Source: Rhodothermales bacterium (GTDB lineage: Bacteria > Bacteroidota > Rhodothermia > Rhodothermales > VXPQ01). Taken from it: DNA of 64,000 bases. Below the pieces are notes generated by a model. The model did not search any database and was not told where the DNA came from. It worked only from the letters and a program-made list of their open reading frames with translations. Positions 28,326 through 38,112 of the stretch are shown here, in pieces. The DNA lies in NCBI GenBank assembly GCA_040904565.1, contig JBBDTI010000054.1, forward strand, positions 1-64,000, read 5' to 3'. Made by a program: the position numbers and the translations under genes. Positions within the stretch are counted from its first letter, which is position 1, and every line of letters starts with the position of its first letter.

Positions 28326-29852
28326 ATGGAATCCCCGAAGAAAGGCATCTCACGCAGGACATTCTTGGAGGGTGTGGCCGCGGCATCCGGACTGGCCGTC
28401 GTTCCACGCAGTGTGCTCGGTGGACCCGGATACGTCGCTCCGAGCGACCGGCTCAACATCGCGCAGATCGGCTGTGGTACGCAGGCGCTGCGCCAGTTCA
28501 ATGCCGGCATCATGACCCGGGACGACATCCAGGTTACGAGTGTGACCGATCCCAACGCGGACAGTCAGGATTACGTCGACTGGTCGCATATGGGAACTAC
28601 GAGGCGGATTCGTGCTCTTCTCGAGGACGATTCCTGGGCCGAGGGCGATACGGGTACCCGCGGGGGGCGCGAGTACGCGAAGCGCGTCATCGAAACGTAT
28701 TACGGAAAGACGAATCGCTCCGGTACGTCGAACGGCGTCCGGGCCTACGCGGATTTCCGCGAGATGCTTGCCAGTGAGGATGAAGCCGATGCCGTCGTCA
28801 TCATCGTGCCGGACCACCTGCACGCGCACATCTCTACGGCCGCGATGAAGGCGGGGAAGGGCGTCATCATGCACAAGCCGATCGGACTGAGTCCGCATGA
28901 AGTGCGCCGCGTCCTCGAAACGGAAGAAGAGACGGGAGCCGTGACGCACCTTCTTGCCTACGGCAGTGCCATTCCCGAAGATCATGCGCGTCTGGAGTCG
29001 TGGCTGAAAGGCGGCATGATCGGTCCGGTTCGCGAGGTACATAACTGGACGAACCGTCCGGTCTGGCCGCAGGGTTGGTCGGACTATCCGCATGAAGAGG
29101 CGAGCATTCCGAACGGACTCGACTGGGACCTGTGGCAAGGCCCGATTCCCAACCAGCCCTATCATCCGCTGCTGACGCACACGCTTTATCGCGGCTGGTA
29201 CAACTACGGCGCCGGTTGCCTGGGTGATATGGGCAATTACAGCCTCTGGCAACCGCATCGCATTCTCGATCTCGATCCGCCGAACATGGTTGAGGCCTAC
29301 ACGAGCAAGAGCGTTATCCTGACCCCGGAGAATACGTGCCGGAGCTCGGATGCCTCGCCGGTGGCCTATCCGAACGCGAGCCAGATCCACTTCCGGTTCC
29401 CGGCGAAGGGGGATCGCCCGGAGGTGGACCTGTACTGGTACAGCGGTGCCATGAAGCCGCAGACGCCGCGGGAGCTCATCGACGACGGCGAAACGCTTCC
29501 CGGCGAAGGGATGCTTTTCGTGGGAGACTATGGGAAGATTCTCTGCCAGTTCCGGGGCCACAATCCGCGCCTGCTTCCAGAGAGCCGCATGCGTGCCATG
29601 GGGGTCGGCGAGCAGGAGGATTCGGACATCGACCAGGATGACGAGTGGACGGAAGCTGTACGGACCGGCATGGAGTCGCGTGGCAGCTTCAGCAACGCGG
29701 CAAGTCTCGCCGAGACCACGACGTTGGGGATCGTCGCACTCCGCCATCCGGGCCAGCGCCTGTATTGGGACAGCGACAACATGGGCTTCACGAACAATGA
29801 CTCTGCTAACGAGCTCGTGCGCCGTGAGTATCGCAACGGGTGGGAGCTCTAG
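28326..29852 (+). CDS. Tat-exported Gfo/Idh/MocA oxidoreductase (paralog 1)
   Basis: SRRTFL Tat motif. Motifs IAQIGCG, YADFREML, PDHLHA, MHKP, DWDLWQGP, GCLGDMGNY. Confidence 0.9.
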   Translation: MESPKKGISRRTFLEGVAAASGLAVVPRSVLGGPGYVAPSDRLNIAQIGCGTQALRQFNAGIMTRDDIQVTSVTDPNADSQDYVDWSHMGTTRRIRALLEDDSWAEGDTGTRGGREYAKRVIETYYGKTNRSGTSNGVRAYADFREMLASEDEADAVVIIVPDHLHAHISTAAMKAGKGVIMHKPIGLSPHEVRRVLETEEETGAVTHLLAYGSAIPEDHARLESWLKGGMIGPVREVHNWTNRPVWPQGWSDYPHEEASIPNGLDWDLWQGPIPNQPYHPLLTHTLYRGWYNYGAGCLGDMGNYSLWQPHRILDLDPPNMVEAYTSKSVILTPENTCRSSDASPVAYPNASQIHFRFPAKGDRPEVDLYWYSGAMKPQTPRELIDDGETLPGEGMLFVGDYGKILCQFRGHNPRLLPESRMRAMGVGEQEDSDIDQDDEWTEAVRTGMESRGSFSNAASLAETTTLGIVALRHPGQRLYWDSDNMGFTNNDSANELVRREYRNGWEL

Positions 29853-29917
29853 CGTCGTCCTCTGCCGGCTCCGCTGGAGTACCGGCTTTCCAGCGGGCTG
29901 GGCGGACGTCGCGGCGG

Positions 29918-29946
29918 TTCATGAAATCGCTATCATTTAGTATACT
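29918..29946 (+). promoter_or_regulatory. Putative promoter TTCATG-N17-TATACT
   Basis: Aligns with the 28218-28247 element and lies at a similar distance from the start codon. Confidence 0.5.
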
Positions 29947-30021
29947 TGATCGTACCTCGGTGCCCGTCGAGCGAATCCGGGGAAAGCTATACGTACTGCA
30001 TCAACTCATATGGAAACCCGG

Positions 30022-31542
30022 ATGGAATCCTCGAAGAAAGGTATGACGCGAAGGAAGTTTATGGAGGGCGTCGCGGCTGCATCGGCCATGACCATCGTCC
30101 CTCGAAGTGTTCTCGGCGGGCCCGGCTACGTGGCTCCGAGCGACAAGATCAACATCGCGCAGATCGGCTGCGGAACGCAGGCTATCAACCAGTTTAATAC
30201 GGGTATCCTGACCCGTGACGACATTCAGCTGACGAGCGTCACCGACCCCAACCGGGACAGCCAGGACTACGTCAGCTGGGGCCCCTTCAGCACGCAGCGG
30301 AGTGCCCGCCGCCTTCTTCAGGACGACAGCTGGGGGGAGGGCGACACGGGCACGCGCGGTGGGCGCGAGTACGCCAAGCTGATTTCAGAAACGTATTACG
30401 GCAAGACGGCAGGGAGGGAATCGTACGACGGCATCCGCGCCTATGCCGATTTTCGTGAGATGCTCGCCCAGGAGGACGAAGCCGACGCCGTAATGGTCAT
30501 CGTGCCCGATCACCAGCACGCCGGGATTGCGATCGCCGCGATGGAGGCGGGCAAGCACGTTATCATGCACAAGCCGGTCGCCGTGACCCCCTACGAGGTG
30601 CGCCGCGTCATGGAGACAATCGATCGCACGGGTAAGATCACCCATCTGCTTGCATACCATCCGAAAGAACAGTTCCGCCGTCTGGAATCCTGGCTCAGTG
30701 GCGGGATGATCGGTCGGATTCGTGAAGTTCACAACTGGACGAACCGTCCGGTCTGGCCGCAGGGGTGGTCCGACTACCCCCAGGAACGCGTCTCGGTGCC
30801 CGATGGCATGAACTGGGACCTGTGGCAGGGCCCAGTACCCGAGCAGAATTACCACCCGCTTCTGACGCACACGCTGTACCGTGGCTGGTACAATTACGGG
30901 GTCGGATGCCTCGGCGACATGGGGAATTACAGCCTCTGGCAGCCGCATCGTTTCCTGGATCTCGATGCACCGAATATGGTCGAGGCCTACACGAATAAGA
31001 GCGTCATACTGACCGAGCAGAATACGTGCCGGAACACGAACGCCTCACCCGTCGCCTTTCCGAACGCGAGTCAGATCCACTTCCGTTTTCCTGCCAAAGG
31101 AGACCGGCCCGAGGTCGACATGTACTGGTACAGCGGTGCGATGAAGCCGCAGACGCCGAAGGAGATGATCGACGACGGGACCCAGCTGCCGAGCGAGGGT
31201 ATGCTGTTCGTCGGTGACCACGGCAAGATGCTGTGCGACTTTTATGGAGGCAACCCGCAGCTGCTCCCGCAGTCGCGCATGAAGGCACTCGGCGTGGGTG
31301 AGGAAGAAGATGTCGATTCCGACCAGAACGACGACTGGACGCACGCCATTCTGACCGACGGTCATACGCCGGGAAGCTTCAAGGACGCGGAGAGCCTGGC
31401 CTACACGACCGCGTTGGGCGTCATCGCGCTGCGCACTCCGACCGAGCGGCTGCACTGGGATCACGCGAATCTGGGCTTCACGAACAGCTCGGAAGCGAAC
31501 AATCTCGTACGCCGCGAGCGTCGCGAGGGATGGGAGATCTAA
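30022..31542 (+). CDS. Tat-exported Gfo/Idh/MocA oxidoreductase (paralog 2)
   Basis: TRRKFM Tat motif. Colinear with 28326..29852 and shares long identical blocks. Start 30022 or 30010. Confidence 0.9.
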   Translation: MESSKKGMTRRKFMEGVAAASAMTIVPRSVLGGPGYVAPSDKINIAQIGCGTQAINQFNTGILTRDDIQLTSVTDPNRDSQDYVSWGPFSTQRSARRLLQDDSWGEGDTGTRGGREYAKLISETYYGKTAGRESYDGIRAYADFREMLAQEDEADAVMVIVPDHQHAGIAIAAMEAGKHVIMHKPVAVTPYEVRRVMETIDRTGKITHLLAYHPKEQFRRLESWLSGGMIGRIREVHNWTNRPVWPQGWSDYPQERVSVPDGMNWDLWQGPVPEQNYHPLLTHTLYRGWYNYGVGCLGDMGNYSLWQPHRFLDLDAPNMVEAYTNKSVILTEQNTCRNTNASPVAFPNASQIHFRFPAKGDRPEVDMYWYSGAMKPQTPKEMIDDGTQLPSEGMLFVGDHGKMLCDFYGGNPQLLPQSRMKALGVGEEEDVDSDQNDDWTHAILTDGHTPGSFKDAESLAYTTALGVIALRTPTERLHWDHANLGFTNSSEANNLVRRERREGWEI

Positions 31543-31629
31543 CGATCCACATCTCCGGTCCTATTGCAGGATGACGGATCGAAGGATGACCGTGTAGGAG
31601 CGAGTTCTTGATGCCCGTTCGTATCAGTA

Positions 31630-31693
31630 CGTCCGGTTATGATCCTTTTGTGCCCTGAACGAATTACTCAGTAGACTGAGTAATTCGATAAAG
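31630..31693. repeat. Dispersed palindromic element, copy 1 (imperfect)
   Basis: CGAATTACTCAGT-AG-ACTGAGTAATTCG at 31660-31687. Ungapped similarity to 52901-52964. Confidence 0.85.
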
Positions 31694-31827
31694 AGAGGTC
31701 TGAACGTCCGGTGAAGAATCCAACGGTCCTCTAATGCAGTTGACGGGTTTGTAGCCGGACCGCGGCTCGGGCACGGCGTCGTGCGCCGGAAGTGAGAGAG
31801 GCTGCGACGCGCGCCGTTATCCAACGA

Positions 31828-32598
31828 CTACCCGAGATAGGGACGAATCCAGTCCAGTCCGGCATCGGTGTCACCCCGCGGATTGTACTCGCAGCCCACC
31901 CACCCCTCGTAGCCGACGCGGTCGAGCGTCGCGAACACGTGGTCGTAGTCGATTTCACCCTCATCCGGTTCGTGGCGAAGCGGTACGGACGCGATCTGAA
32001 CGTGTCCGAAGTCCATCTCTTCGGTGAGACGCGTGAGGTCGCCGTCCATGATCTGGGCATGGTAATAGTCCAGCTGCACCGACACGTTCGTGCGATCAAT
32101 CCGACGGACGAGCTCGGCGGCTTCTCCTTGATGCGCGAAGAGATAGCCTGGGACGTCGCGATCGTTCAAGGCCTCGATCAAGATGGTGAGTCCGTGTGCC
32201 GCCGCGGCGTCCGCGGCGAAACGGATGTTCTCGACGAACGTCTGCTTGCAGCGCGCTCTGTCGCTGTCCGGGACGATGCCGGCCATGGCGTGCAGGTTGG
32301 TGCAGCGGAGCGCGCGGGCATATTCGATGGCTTTTCCGACACTGTCTCGAAATGCCTCGCGCCGGTTGGGGAGAGCGGCCGTGCCGCGATCCCCGGCGTC
32401 CCAGTCGCCCGGCGGCAGGTTGAACAGTACCTGTTCGAGATCGAGGTCGTCAAGCAGCCCGCGCAGCTCCTTCGGGTCGTAGTCGTACGGAAAAAGGTAT
32501 TCGACGGCCGTAAAGCCGGCGGCAGCGGCGCGCTCGAACCGCTGGAGGAACGGGACCTCCGTGAAGAGTGTGGAGAGGTTGGCGGCGAACCGTGGCAT
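31828..32598 (-). CDS. otnI: 2-oxo-tetronate isomerase (hydroxypyruvate isomerase family)
   Basis: Motifs MPRFAANLS..F.EVPF, AVEYLFPY, IEALN.RDVPGY, HVQIASVP.RHEPDEGEI, WVGCEY. Last gene of the otn operon. Confidence 0.9.
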   Translation of the reverse strand: MPRFAANLSTLFTEVPFLQRFERAAAAGFTAVEYLFPYDYDPKELRGLLDDLDLEQVLFNLPPGDWDAGDRGTAALPNRREAFRDSVGKAIEYARALRCTNLHAMAGIVPDSDRARCKQTFVENIRFAADAAAAHGLTILIEALNDRDVPGYLFAHQGEAAELVRRIDRTNVSVQLDYYHAQIMDGDLTRLTEEMDFGHVQIASVPLRHEPDEGEIDYDHVFATLDRVGYEGWVGCEYNPRGDTDAGLDWIRPYLG

Positions 32599-32601
32599 GA
32601 A

Positions 32602-33231
32602 CTATCCTCGCAGCTCCGTAATTTCGTCGTCTGTCAGGTAGCGAACGTCCTCGTCCCGAAGGAGGAACCAGAGGCGGGCCGTTTCTTCCAGCTCTTCCGC
32701 ATTGTCGACCGCCTCTTCGAAGTTGGACCCCAGCACGACCGGACCGTGAGAGGCGAGCAGGAAGGCTTCCGCGTCGCGCGTTCGGGCCAGCTCCGCAAGG
32801 TCGCGGCCGATGCGCGGGTCGCCCGGCCGGTAGTACGGCACCACGGGCAGCTCTCCGATGCGCATGACGAAATAAGGCGTAAACGGGCGGATCGCATTGT
32901 CGTAGTCGAGGTCGCGACGGCAGGACAGGGCGGTCAGGTACGTCGAGTGAAGGTGCACGACGGCCCCGGCGCCCGGCCGTGCACCGTAGAGATCGAGGTG
33001 GAAGGCGAATTCCTTCGTGGGCTTCGCTCCGCTCAGCAAGGTGCCGTCCGACGCGATTTTGGAGAGCGATCCGGCGTCGAGCCGGCCCATGCAGGATCCG
33101 GTGGGTGTGACGAGGTACGTGTCGCCGGGCAGGCGGAGCGACAGGTTGCCGGCACCGCCGACGGCGTAGCCCCGGTCGAATAACGTGCGTCCGAGGCGGC
33201 ACATCTGTTCGCGAAGCTCGGTTTCCGTCAT
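32602..33231 (-). CDS. otnC: 3-oxo-tetronate 4-phosphate decarboxylase (class II aldolase)
   Basis: Start MTETELRE at 33231 (ATGA overlap with otnK). Motifs GGAGNLS, PTKEFAFH, VVHLHSTY, TPYFVMRIG, LASHGPV, EELEETA. Confidence 0.92.
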   Translation of the reverse strand: MTETELREQMCRLGRTLFDRGYAVGGAGNLSLRLPGDTYLVTPTGSCMGRLDAGSLSKIASDGTLLSGAKPTKEFAFHLDLYGARPGAGAVVHLHSTYLTALSCRRDLDYDNAIRPFTPYFVMRIGELPVVPYYRPGDPRIGRDLAELARTRDAEAFLLASHGPVVLGSNFEEAVDNAEELEETARLWFLLRDEDVRYLTDDEITELRG

Positions 33232-34493
33232 GGTACGTCTCTCTGGCAATCGAAAAAAAAGCGCTCCGAGCCGAAATTGCCGGATTTCAGCGCCATCGAA
33301 TAGCTCCCGTCGATGGACCGCACCCACGGAACGCCGGGAGCGATCTGGGGTCCGACGTGAAATCCGTCGACGCCGAGGGCGTCCACGACCGCGCCGGAGG
33401 TTTCCCCCCCGGCGACTATAAAACGCGTCGTCCCGGCGTCTGCCAACAACCGGGCGAGCGATGCAAAGGTTCGCTCGACAGCCTCGCCCGCGTCCGGACC
33501 CATCCGCCGCTGGATCTCCTGCAGCGTACCGGGATCGGTCGTGGCATATACGAGGGGAGCGTGGCGGGACGATTGGTGGTCCTGCACCCATCCGGCCAGC
33601 TCTCGCGCGTAGGCCGGCGCGTCCAGGCACCGGTCGACGTCCATCGCCACGGCCGGTGCTGCTTCGGCATAGTGGCGGACCTGGGCGCGCGTCATGTCCG
33701 AGCATGAACCGGAAAGGATGACCGCTGGGCCGGCGTCCGGGCGGCCTGCCGCGGCGGCCTCGACGGGATCGATACGGTCGTCGACACACGCTCGCGCGAG
33801 TGCGGCGGCCAGCCCGGAGCCTCCCGTCGTCAGCGGCAGATCGCGGACGGCCCGGGCGAGTGTATCGAGATGTTCGGAGCGAAGCGCGTCGAGGACGACA
33901 TAGCGGATGCCGGCCCCTGCGAGGGTGTCGATTTCTCGACGAACGGCCGTCGCCCCGGCATCGACGACATCCGCCGGCACGACGCCGGCTCGTCCACGAG
34001 ACTGTGCTTCCATGAGCCGGCCGAGGTGGCTGTCGGTCATGGGTGTAATGGGGTGGTGACGCATGCCCGTCTCTTCGAGGAGGACGCCGTTCACGAAGAG
34101 ATACCCGTGATAGATCGTGCGGCCGTTCACCGGCAGGGCCGGACAGACGACGGTTACGTCGGCCTCCAGCCGATCCATCAGCGCGTCGGCTACCGGACCG
34201 ATATTGCCGTCGGTCGTGCTGTCGAACGTAGAACAATATTTCTGGTAGATGCGGTGCGCACCGTGCCGTTGCAGCCAGGCGAGGGCGGCGCAGCTGTGGC
34301 GGACGGCTTGCTCGGGTGGACAAGAACGCGACTTCAGGCTGATGACGATGGCCTGTGACGCTCCCTCCGCCTCGAAGTGTCTGTCATCGGCAGGTACTCC
34401 CACGAGCTGGGTCGTACGTACACCGGCCGCAACGAGAAATCCTGCCACGTCCGTGGCCCCCGTAAAGTCGTCCGCGATGATGCCGAGCTGCAT
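33228..34493 (-). CDS. otnK: 3-oxo-tetronate kinase (DUF1537 four-carbon acid sugar kinase)
   Basis: Motifs LGIIADDFTGATD, LKSRS, KYCSTFDST..GNIGPV, MRHHPITPMTDS, VAGGETSG, LALKSGNFG-like end. Confidence 0.95.
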   Translation of the reverse strand: MQLGIIADDFTGATDVAGFLVAAGVRTTQLVGVPADDRHFEAEGASQAIVISLKSRSCPPEQAVRHSCAALAWLQRHGAHRIYQKYCSTFDSTTDGNIGPVADALMDRLEADVTVVCPALPVNGRTIYHGYLFVNGVLLEETGMRHHPITPMTDSHLGRLMEAQSRGRAGVVPADVVDAGATAVRREIDTLAGAGIRYVVLDALRSEHLDTLARAVRDLPLTTGGSGLAAALARACVDDRIDPVEAAAAGRPDAGPAVILSGSCSDMTRAQVRHYAEAAPAVAMDVDRCLDAPAYARELAGWVQDHQSSRHAPLVYATTDPGTLQEIQRRMGPDAGEAVERTFASLARLLADAGTTRFIVAGGETSGAVVDALGVDGFHVGPQIAPGVPWVRSIDGSYSMALKSGNFGSERFFFDCQRDVP

Positions 34494-34499
34494 GGCGAC

Positions 34500-35891
34500 C
34501 TAACCGAAGAGTCCGTAAAGGATGAGCAGCATCACGAGGGAGCTGAGCCAGCCCAGCGTCGTGGGTACGGACCAGGTCAGCATCTGCTGCTTCGCGTCCG
34601 TTACACCCAGCATCCGGTTGACGACCCAGAAATAGCTGTCGTTGAAGTAGCTGAAGACCATCGAGCCGATGGCGGCGGCCTGGGCGGCGAAGACCATGTT
34701 GACGTCGGGCATCGCCATGAGAATGGGTGCGGAGATGGACGCGCCCGTAATCATCGCCACCGTGCCGCTGCCCTGTACGAGGCGCATGATGCTCGCGATG
34801 GCAAACGGAATCAGTATGGCAGGAATGGCCAGTGTGGCGATGGACTCGCCGATGACGTCGCCGGCCCCGCTGTCGCGCAGTACGGCACCGAGCGCGCCGC
34901 CCGCTCCGGTGACGAGCAGGATAATGCCGGCGCTTTCGACGCCTTTCTCCATGTCCCGGACGACCTGATCGCGCGAGCGCCCGGGAACGAGCGTATAGGC
35001 GGCGAGCACGACGCCGATGCCGACGGCGATCACCGGATTGCCGACGTAGGCGAAGAACCGTATCCACGCGGCGCCTGCCAGGTCGGGGTTCATGTCCGCG
35101 AGGAACGAGGTGCCCGTGTTTAGAAAGATCAGGAAGATGGGCACCACGATCGGGGCCATGGAGAGGGTCACCGACGGCAGGTCCCTGGACCGTTCCGCTA
35201 CGTTCGACTTAAACGTTTCAAAGGCCTCCTCCGCACTCGGCACGTCTTCTTCCAGCGTTGTTTCGATCCGCGGGCCCATGCGGCGGGCATACCACACGAT
35301 GACTCCGATGCCTGGCAGCGTGCAGAGCGTGCCCCACATGATCATCAGCCCGATGTCGACGTCGAAAATGCCGGCGATGCCGAGTGGACCGGGCGTGGGC
35401 GGTATGGCGTGATGCGTCAGCATGAGTCCACCCGCGAGACAGATGCCGAGCGTAATGACCGACTTCCCCGTCGTCTTGCTCAGCGCTTTAACGAGCGGGA
35501 CGAGAATGACGAATGCGGAGTCGCAAAAGATGGGCACCGAGACGACGTATCCCGTCACGGTAAGTGCCCATTCCTCGCGTTTCTCCCCGAGCCATTCGAT
35601 CAGGCTGTACGCCATACGTTCGGCTGCGCCGGAGACTTCCAGCAGGCGACCCATCATCACCCCGAACCCGATCACGAGACCGATCGTCGAGAGCGTATTG
35701 CCGAAGCCCCGCGTTATCGAAGCAACGACCTCGTCCGCCGGCATCCCGCCTACGAGTCCGGCTACCGACGCCGCGGCTACGAGGGCGAGTACGGCGTGGA
35801 TTTTCGTCCGCAGAACGAGCAGCAAGAGCAGCAGGACCGCCAGCAGGAGTCCGCCGATGAGCTGCAGTTCGGATGGGGCGGCAGGGTCCAT
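34500..35891 (-). CDS. GntP family sugar-acid permease
   Basis: Start MDPAAPSE at 35891. Motifs KIHAVLAL, GRLLEVSGAA, PIFCDSAF, PPTPGP, QGSGTVA, YFNDSYFW. Confidence 0.93.
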   Translation of the reverse strand: MDPAAPSELQLIGGLLLAVLLLLLLVLRTKIHAVLALVAAASVAGLVGGMPADEVVASITRGFGNTLSTIGLVIGFGVMMGRLLEVSGAAERMAYSLIEWLGEKREEWALTVTGYVVSVPIFCDSAFVILVPLVKALSKTTGKSVITLGICLAGGLMLTHHAIPPTPGPLGIAGIFDVDIGLMIMWGTLCTLPGIGVIVWYARRMGPRIETTLEEDVPSAEEAFETFKSNVAERSRDLPSVTLSMAPIVVPIFLIFLNTGTSFLADMNPDLAGAAWIRFFAYVGNPVIAVGIGVVLAAYTLVPGRSRDQVVRDMEKGVESAGIILLVTGAGGALGAVLRDSGAGDVIGESIATLAIPAILIPFAIASIMRLVQGSGTVAMITGASISAPILMAMPDVNMVFAAQAAAIGSMVFSYFNDSYFWVVNRMLGVTDAKQQMLTWSVPTTLGWLSSLVMLLILYGLFG

Positions 35892-36853
35892 CACGCAGCC
35901 TCTCGTCCCAGTTCGTCTACGTACTGGCGCACGACATCGTCGAAGCCGGCATCGCGGCGGAAGCCGAGGGCGAGGGCCCGTTGGACGTCGAAGGCTCCGG
36001 GCCAGCTGCAGACGATGTTCTTGATGCGTTCGTCTTCCTGGTGTCGGACGAGCCGGCGGGCCTTTTCCCCGCCGATACGCTCGAGACTGTCCAGCATCTG
36101 CCTCGGCGTGACCGTCAGGCCGGGCAGGTTGAGCGAGCGGCGCAGTCCGATCGGCGTCGCGTCCATTCCTACGGCGTGCGCCAGATTTTCGATCGCGGTA
36201 CCCGGCGAGCTGATCCACAGCCGGGTGTCGAGCGGAACGGGGCAGACGCTCTCTTCACCGTTCATGGGCTCTCGAATGATGCCGCTTACGAAGGACGAGG
36301 CCGCGGCATTGGGCGTACCGGCGCGGACGGTGATCGTCGGCAGGCGGCAGACGATGCCGTCGATGAAGCCCCGCCGGGTGTATTCGTTGAGTAGCAGCTC
36401 CGCGACGGCCTTTCCCGTTCCATAGGACGACTCCGGCGTGAGCACCATGTCGGGCGGCACGATCTCCGGCAGGTCCCCGCCGAACACCGCCAGGGAGCTC
36501 GAAAAAATGAAGCGCGGGGTGCGGCGTTCGAGCGCACGACACACCTCGAGCAAGTCCCGCGTCGCGTCGACGTTAATCTTCAACCCGAGATCGAACTCGT
36601 TCTCGGACTGTCCGCTCAAGACCGCAGCCAGATGAACGACGGCGTCGACGTCGTCGTCCACGATCCCCCGCACGTAAGGAGGATCTGCGATGGATCCGGT
36701 CCGCACGTCGATACGGTCGTCGTCGATCGCGCATCTGTTGAGGTCCGCGGCTATAATGGTATCGACGTTCGGCACCTGATCCGTACCGGACAACAGCATC
36801 TTGATGAGGCGGCTGCCGAGAAAGCCGGCGGCACCGGTTACCAGGATCTTCAT
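35891..36853 (-). CDS. denD: D-erythronate dehydrogenase (extended SDR)
   Basis: Motifs MKILVTGAAGFLG, HLAAVLSGQSE..FDLG, SSLAVFG, YGTGK, RLPTITVR..PNAAASSFVSGIIREP, SWP. Context supports the call. Confidence 0.9.
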   Translation of the reverse strand: MKILVTGAAGFLGSRLIKMLLSGTDQVPNVDTIIAADLNRCAIDDDRIDVRTGSIADPPYVRGIVDDDVDAVVHLAAVLSGQSENEFDLGLKINVDATRDLLEVCRALERRTPRFIFSSSLAVFGGDLPEIVPPDMVLTPESSYGTGKAVAELLLNEYTRRGFIDGIVCRLPTITVRAGTPNAAASSFVSGIIREPMNGEESVCPVPLDTRLWISSPGTAIENLAHAVGMDATPIGLRRSLNLPGLTVTPRQMLDSLERIGGEKARRLVRHQEDERIKNIVCSWPGAFDVQRALALGFRRDAGFDDVVRQYVDELGREAA

Positions 36854-37004
36854 GGATATGCTGGTGGTGAACTGCTGCACTCCGTACGGTAGGTCGAGGC
36901 TGCAAGAAAGGGTGAAGGGAGGATCCGCGCAAGCGCAACGTGCCGACGTCGACGACATTCGACATCGATCATGATGCTATTTGAACTACCTGTTTGGAAG
37001 CTAG

Positions 37005-37982
37005 ATGAGATACGTAATAATCGGTACGGGAAATATTGCTCGAACGTACGTCTCGGCGGTCGACAAGCTCGACGGCCAGGAGATCGTCGGCTTCGTCTCG
37101 CGGAGCCCGCGACGGCCGTCGTTCGTGGAAGGAAACGTGGACGTCGCCGAAACCCTGGACGAGATCTCGGCGCCGTTTGACGCCGTGATTCTGGCCACAC
37201 CTCCCGGCCTCCATCACAAGGGTGCTGCCGCCGCCGCGGCGCAGGGTAAGCACGTTCTCTCGGAGAAGCCGCTGGACGTTACGCGAGCGAACATGGACGC
37301 GATGATCGACGCGTGCCGGCAGGCCGGCGTGAAGCTCGCCGTCGCGTATCAGCGTCGGATGAGTCCGGATAACCAGGCGCTTAAGAAGGTCCTCGACGAC
37401 GAGGGACTCGGACGCCTGTACGCGGCCGATCTTAGCGTCAAGTTTTATCGCGACCAGTCCTATTACGACAGCGCGCCGTACCGTGGTACGCTGGTAGAGG
37501 ATGGCGGAGGTCCGTTCGTGCAGCAGGCCTCGCACAACATAGATCTGTACAGCTGGTTCTTCGGGACGCCGAAGCAGGTCGTGAGTATGATGGGCACGCT
37601 GGCGCACGACATCGAAGTCGAGGACCACGGCGCGGCGCTGCTCCGGCACGACGACGGGATGATCGGCACGATTGTCGCCTCGACGCTGGCCAAACCGGGC
37701 TTTGCGGCTCGACTGGAGGTGCACGGCGAACGCGGATCCGTCGTTGCCGAAAACGACCGCATCACGACCTGGGAGGTCGACGGGGTTGCGAATCCGTCTA
37801 CAGAACCCGCCGGCGCGATCCACAGTGGGGCGTCCGTCTCCGTCGAAGACACGTTCGGACACGAAGCCATCCTGAACGATTTCGTGGAGGCGGTACGGGA
37901 CGATCGCGATCCGATGGTAACCGGCGAGTCGGCCCGCGAGGCCTCTCGTCTCATCCTGTGTATCTATGAAGGCGCCGTCTGA
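37005..37982 (+). CDS. Gfo/Idh/MocA family oxidoreductase (cytoplasmic)
   Basis: Motifs IIGTGNIA, HVLSEKP, GGGPFVQQASHNID, EVED. Confidence 0.92.
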   Translation: MRYVIIGTGNIARTYVSAVDKLDGQEIVGFVSRSPRRPSFVEGNVDVAETLDEISAPFDAVILATPPGLHHKGAAAAAAQGKHVLSEKPLDVTRANMDAMIDACRQAGVKLAVAYQRRMSPDNQALKKVLDDEGLGRLYAADLSVKFYRDQSYYDSAPYRGTLVEDGGGPFVQQASHNIDLYSWFFGTPKQVVSMMGTLAHDIEVEDHGAALLRHDDGMIGTIVASTLAKPGFAARLEVHGERGSVVAENDRITTWEVDGVANPSTEPAGAIHSGASVSVEDTFGHEAILNDFVEAVRDDRDPMVTGESAREASRLILCIYEGAV

Positions 37983-38112
37983 CGGGGAGGTAGCCGTATA
38001 ATGATGGAGTGTCGAGCGATGATCGCGTTCACATATCGGAGCAACGAGCCATTTCAGGGCAAACATGATGACGAACATGCCATCGATTCGGTACATAACG
38101 ACAATCCACAAT

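Noticed and set aside
32602-34323. 573-aa ORF suggesting a long aldolase fusion
   Set aside because: The upstream part is an Arg-rich alternate frame of otnK. otnC starts at 33231.
34500-36218. 572-aa GntP ORF with long N-extension
   Set aside because: The extension overlaps denD out of frame. The likely start is 35891.
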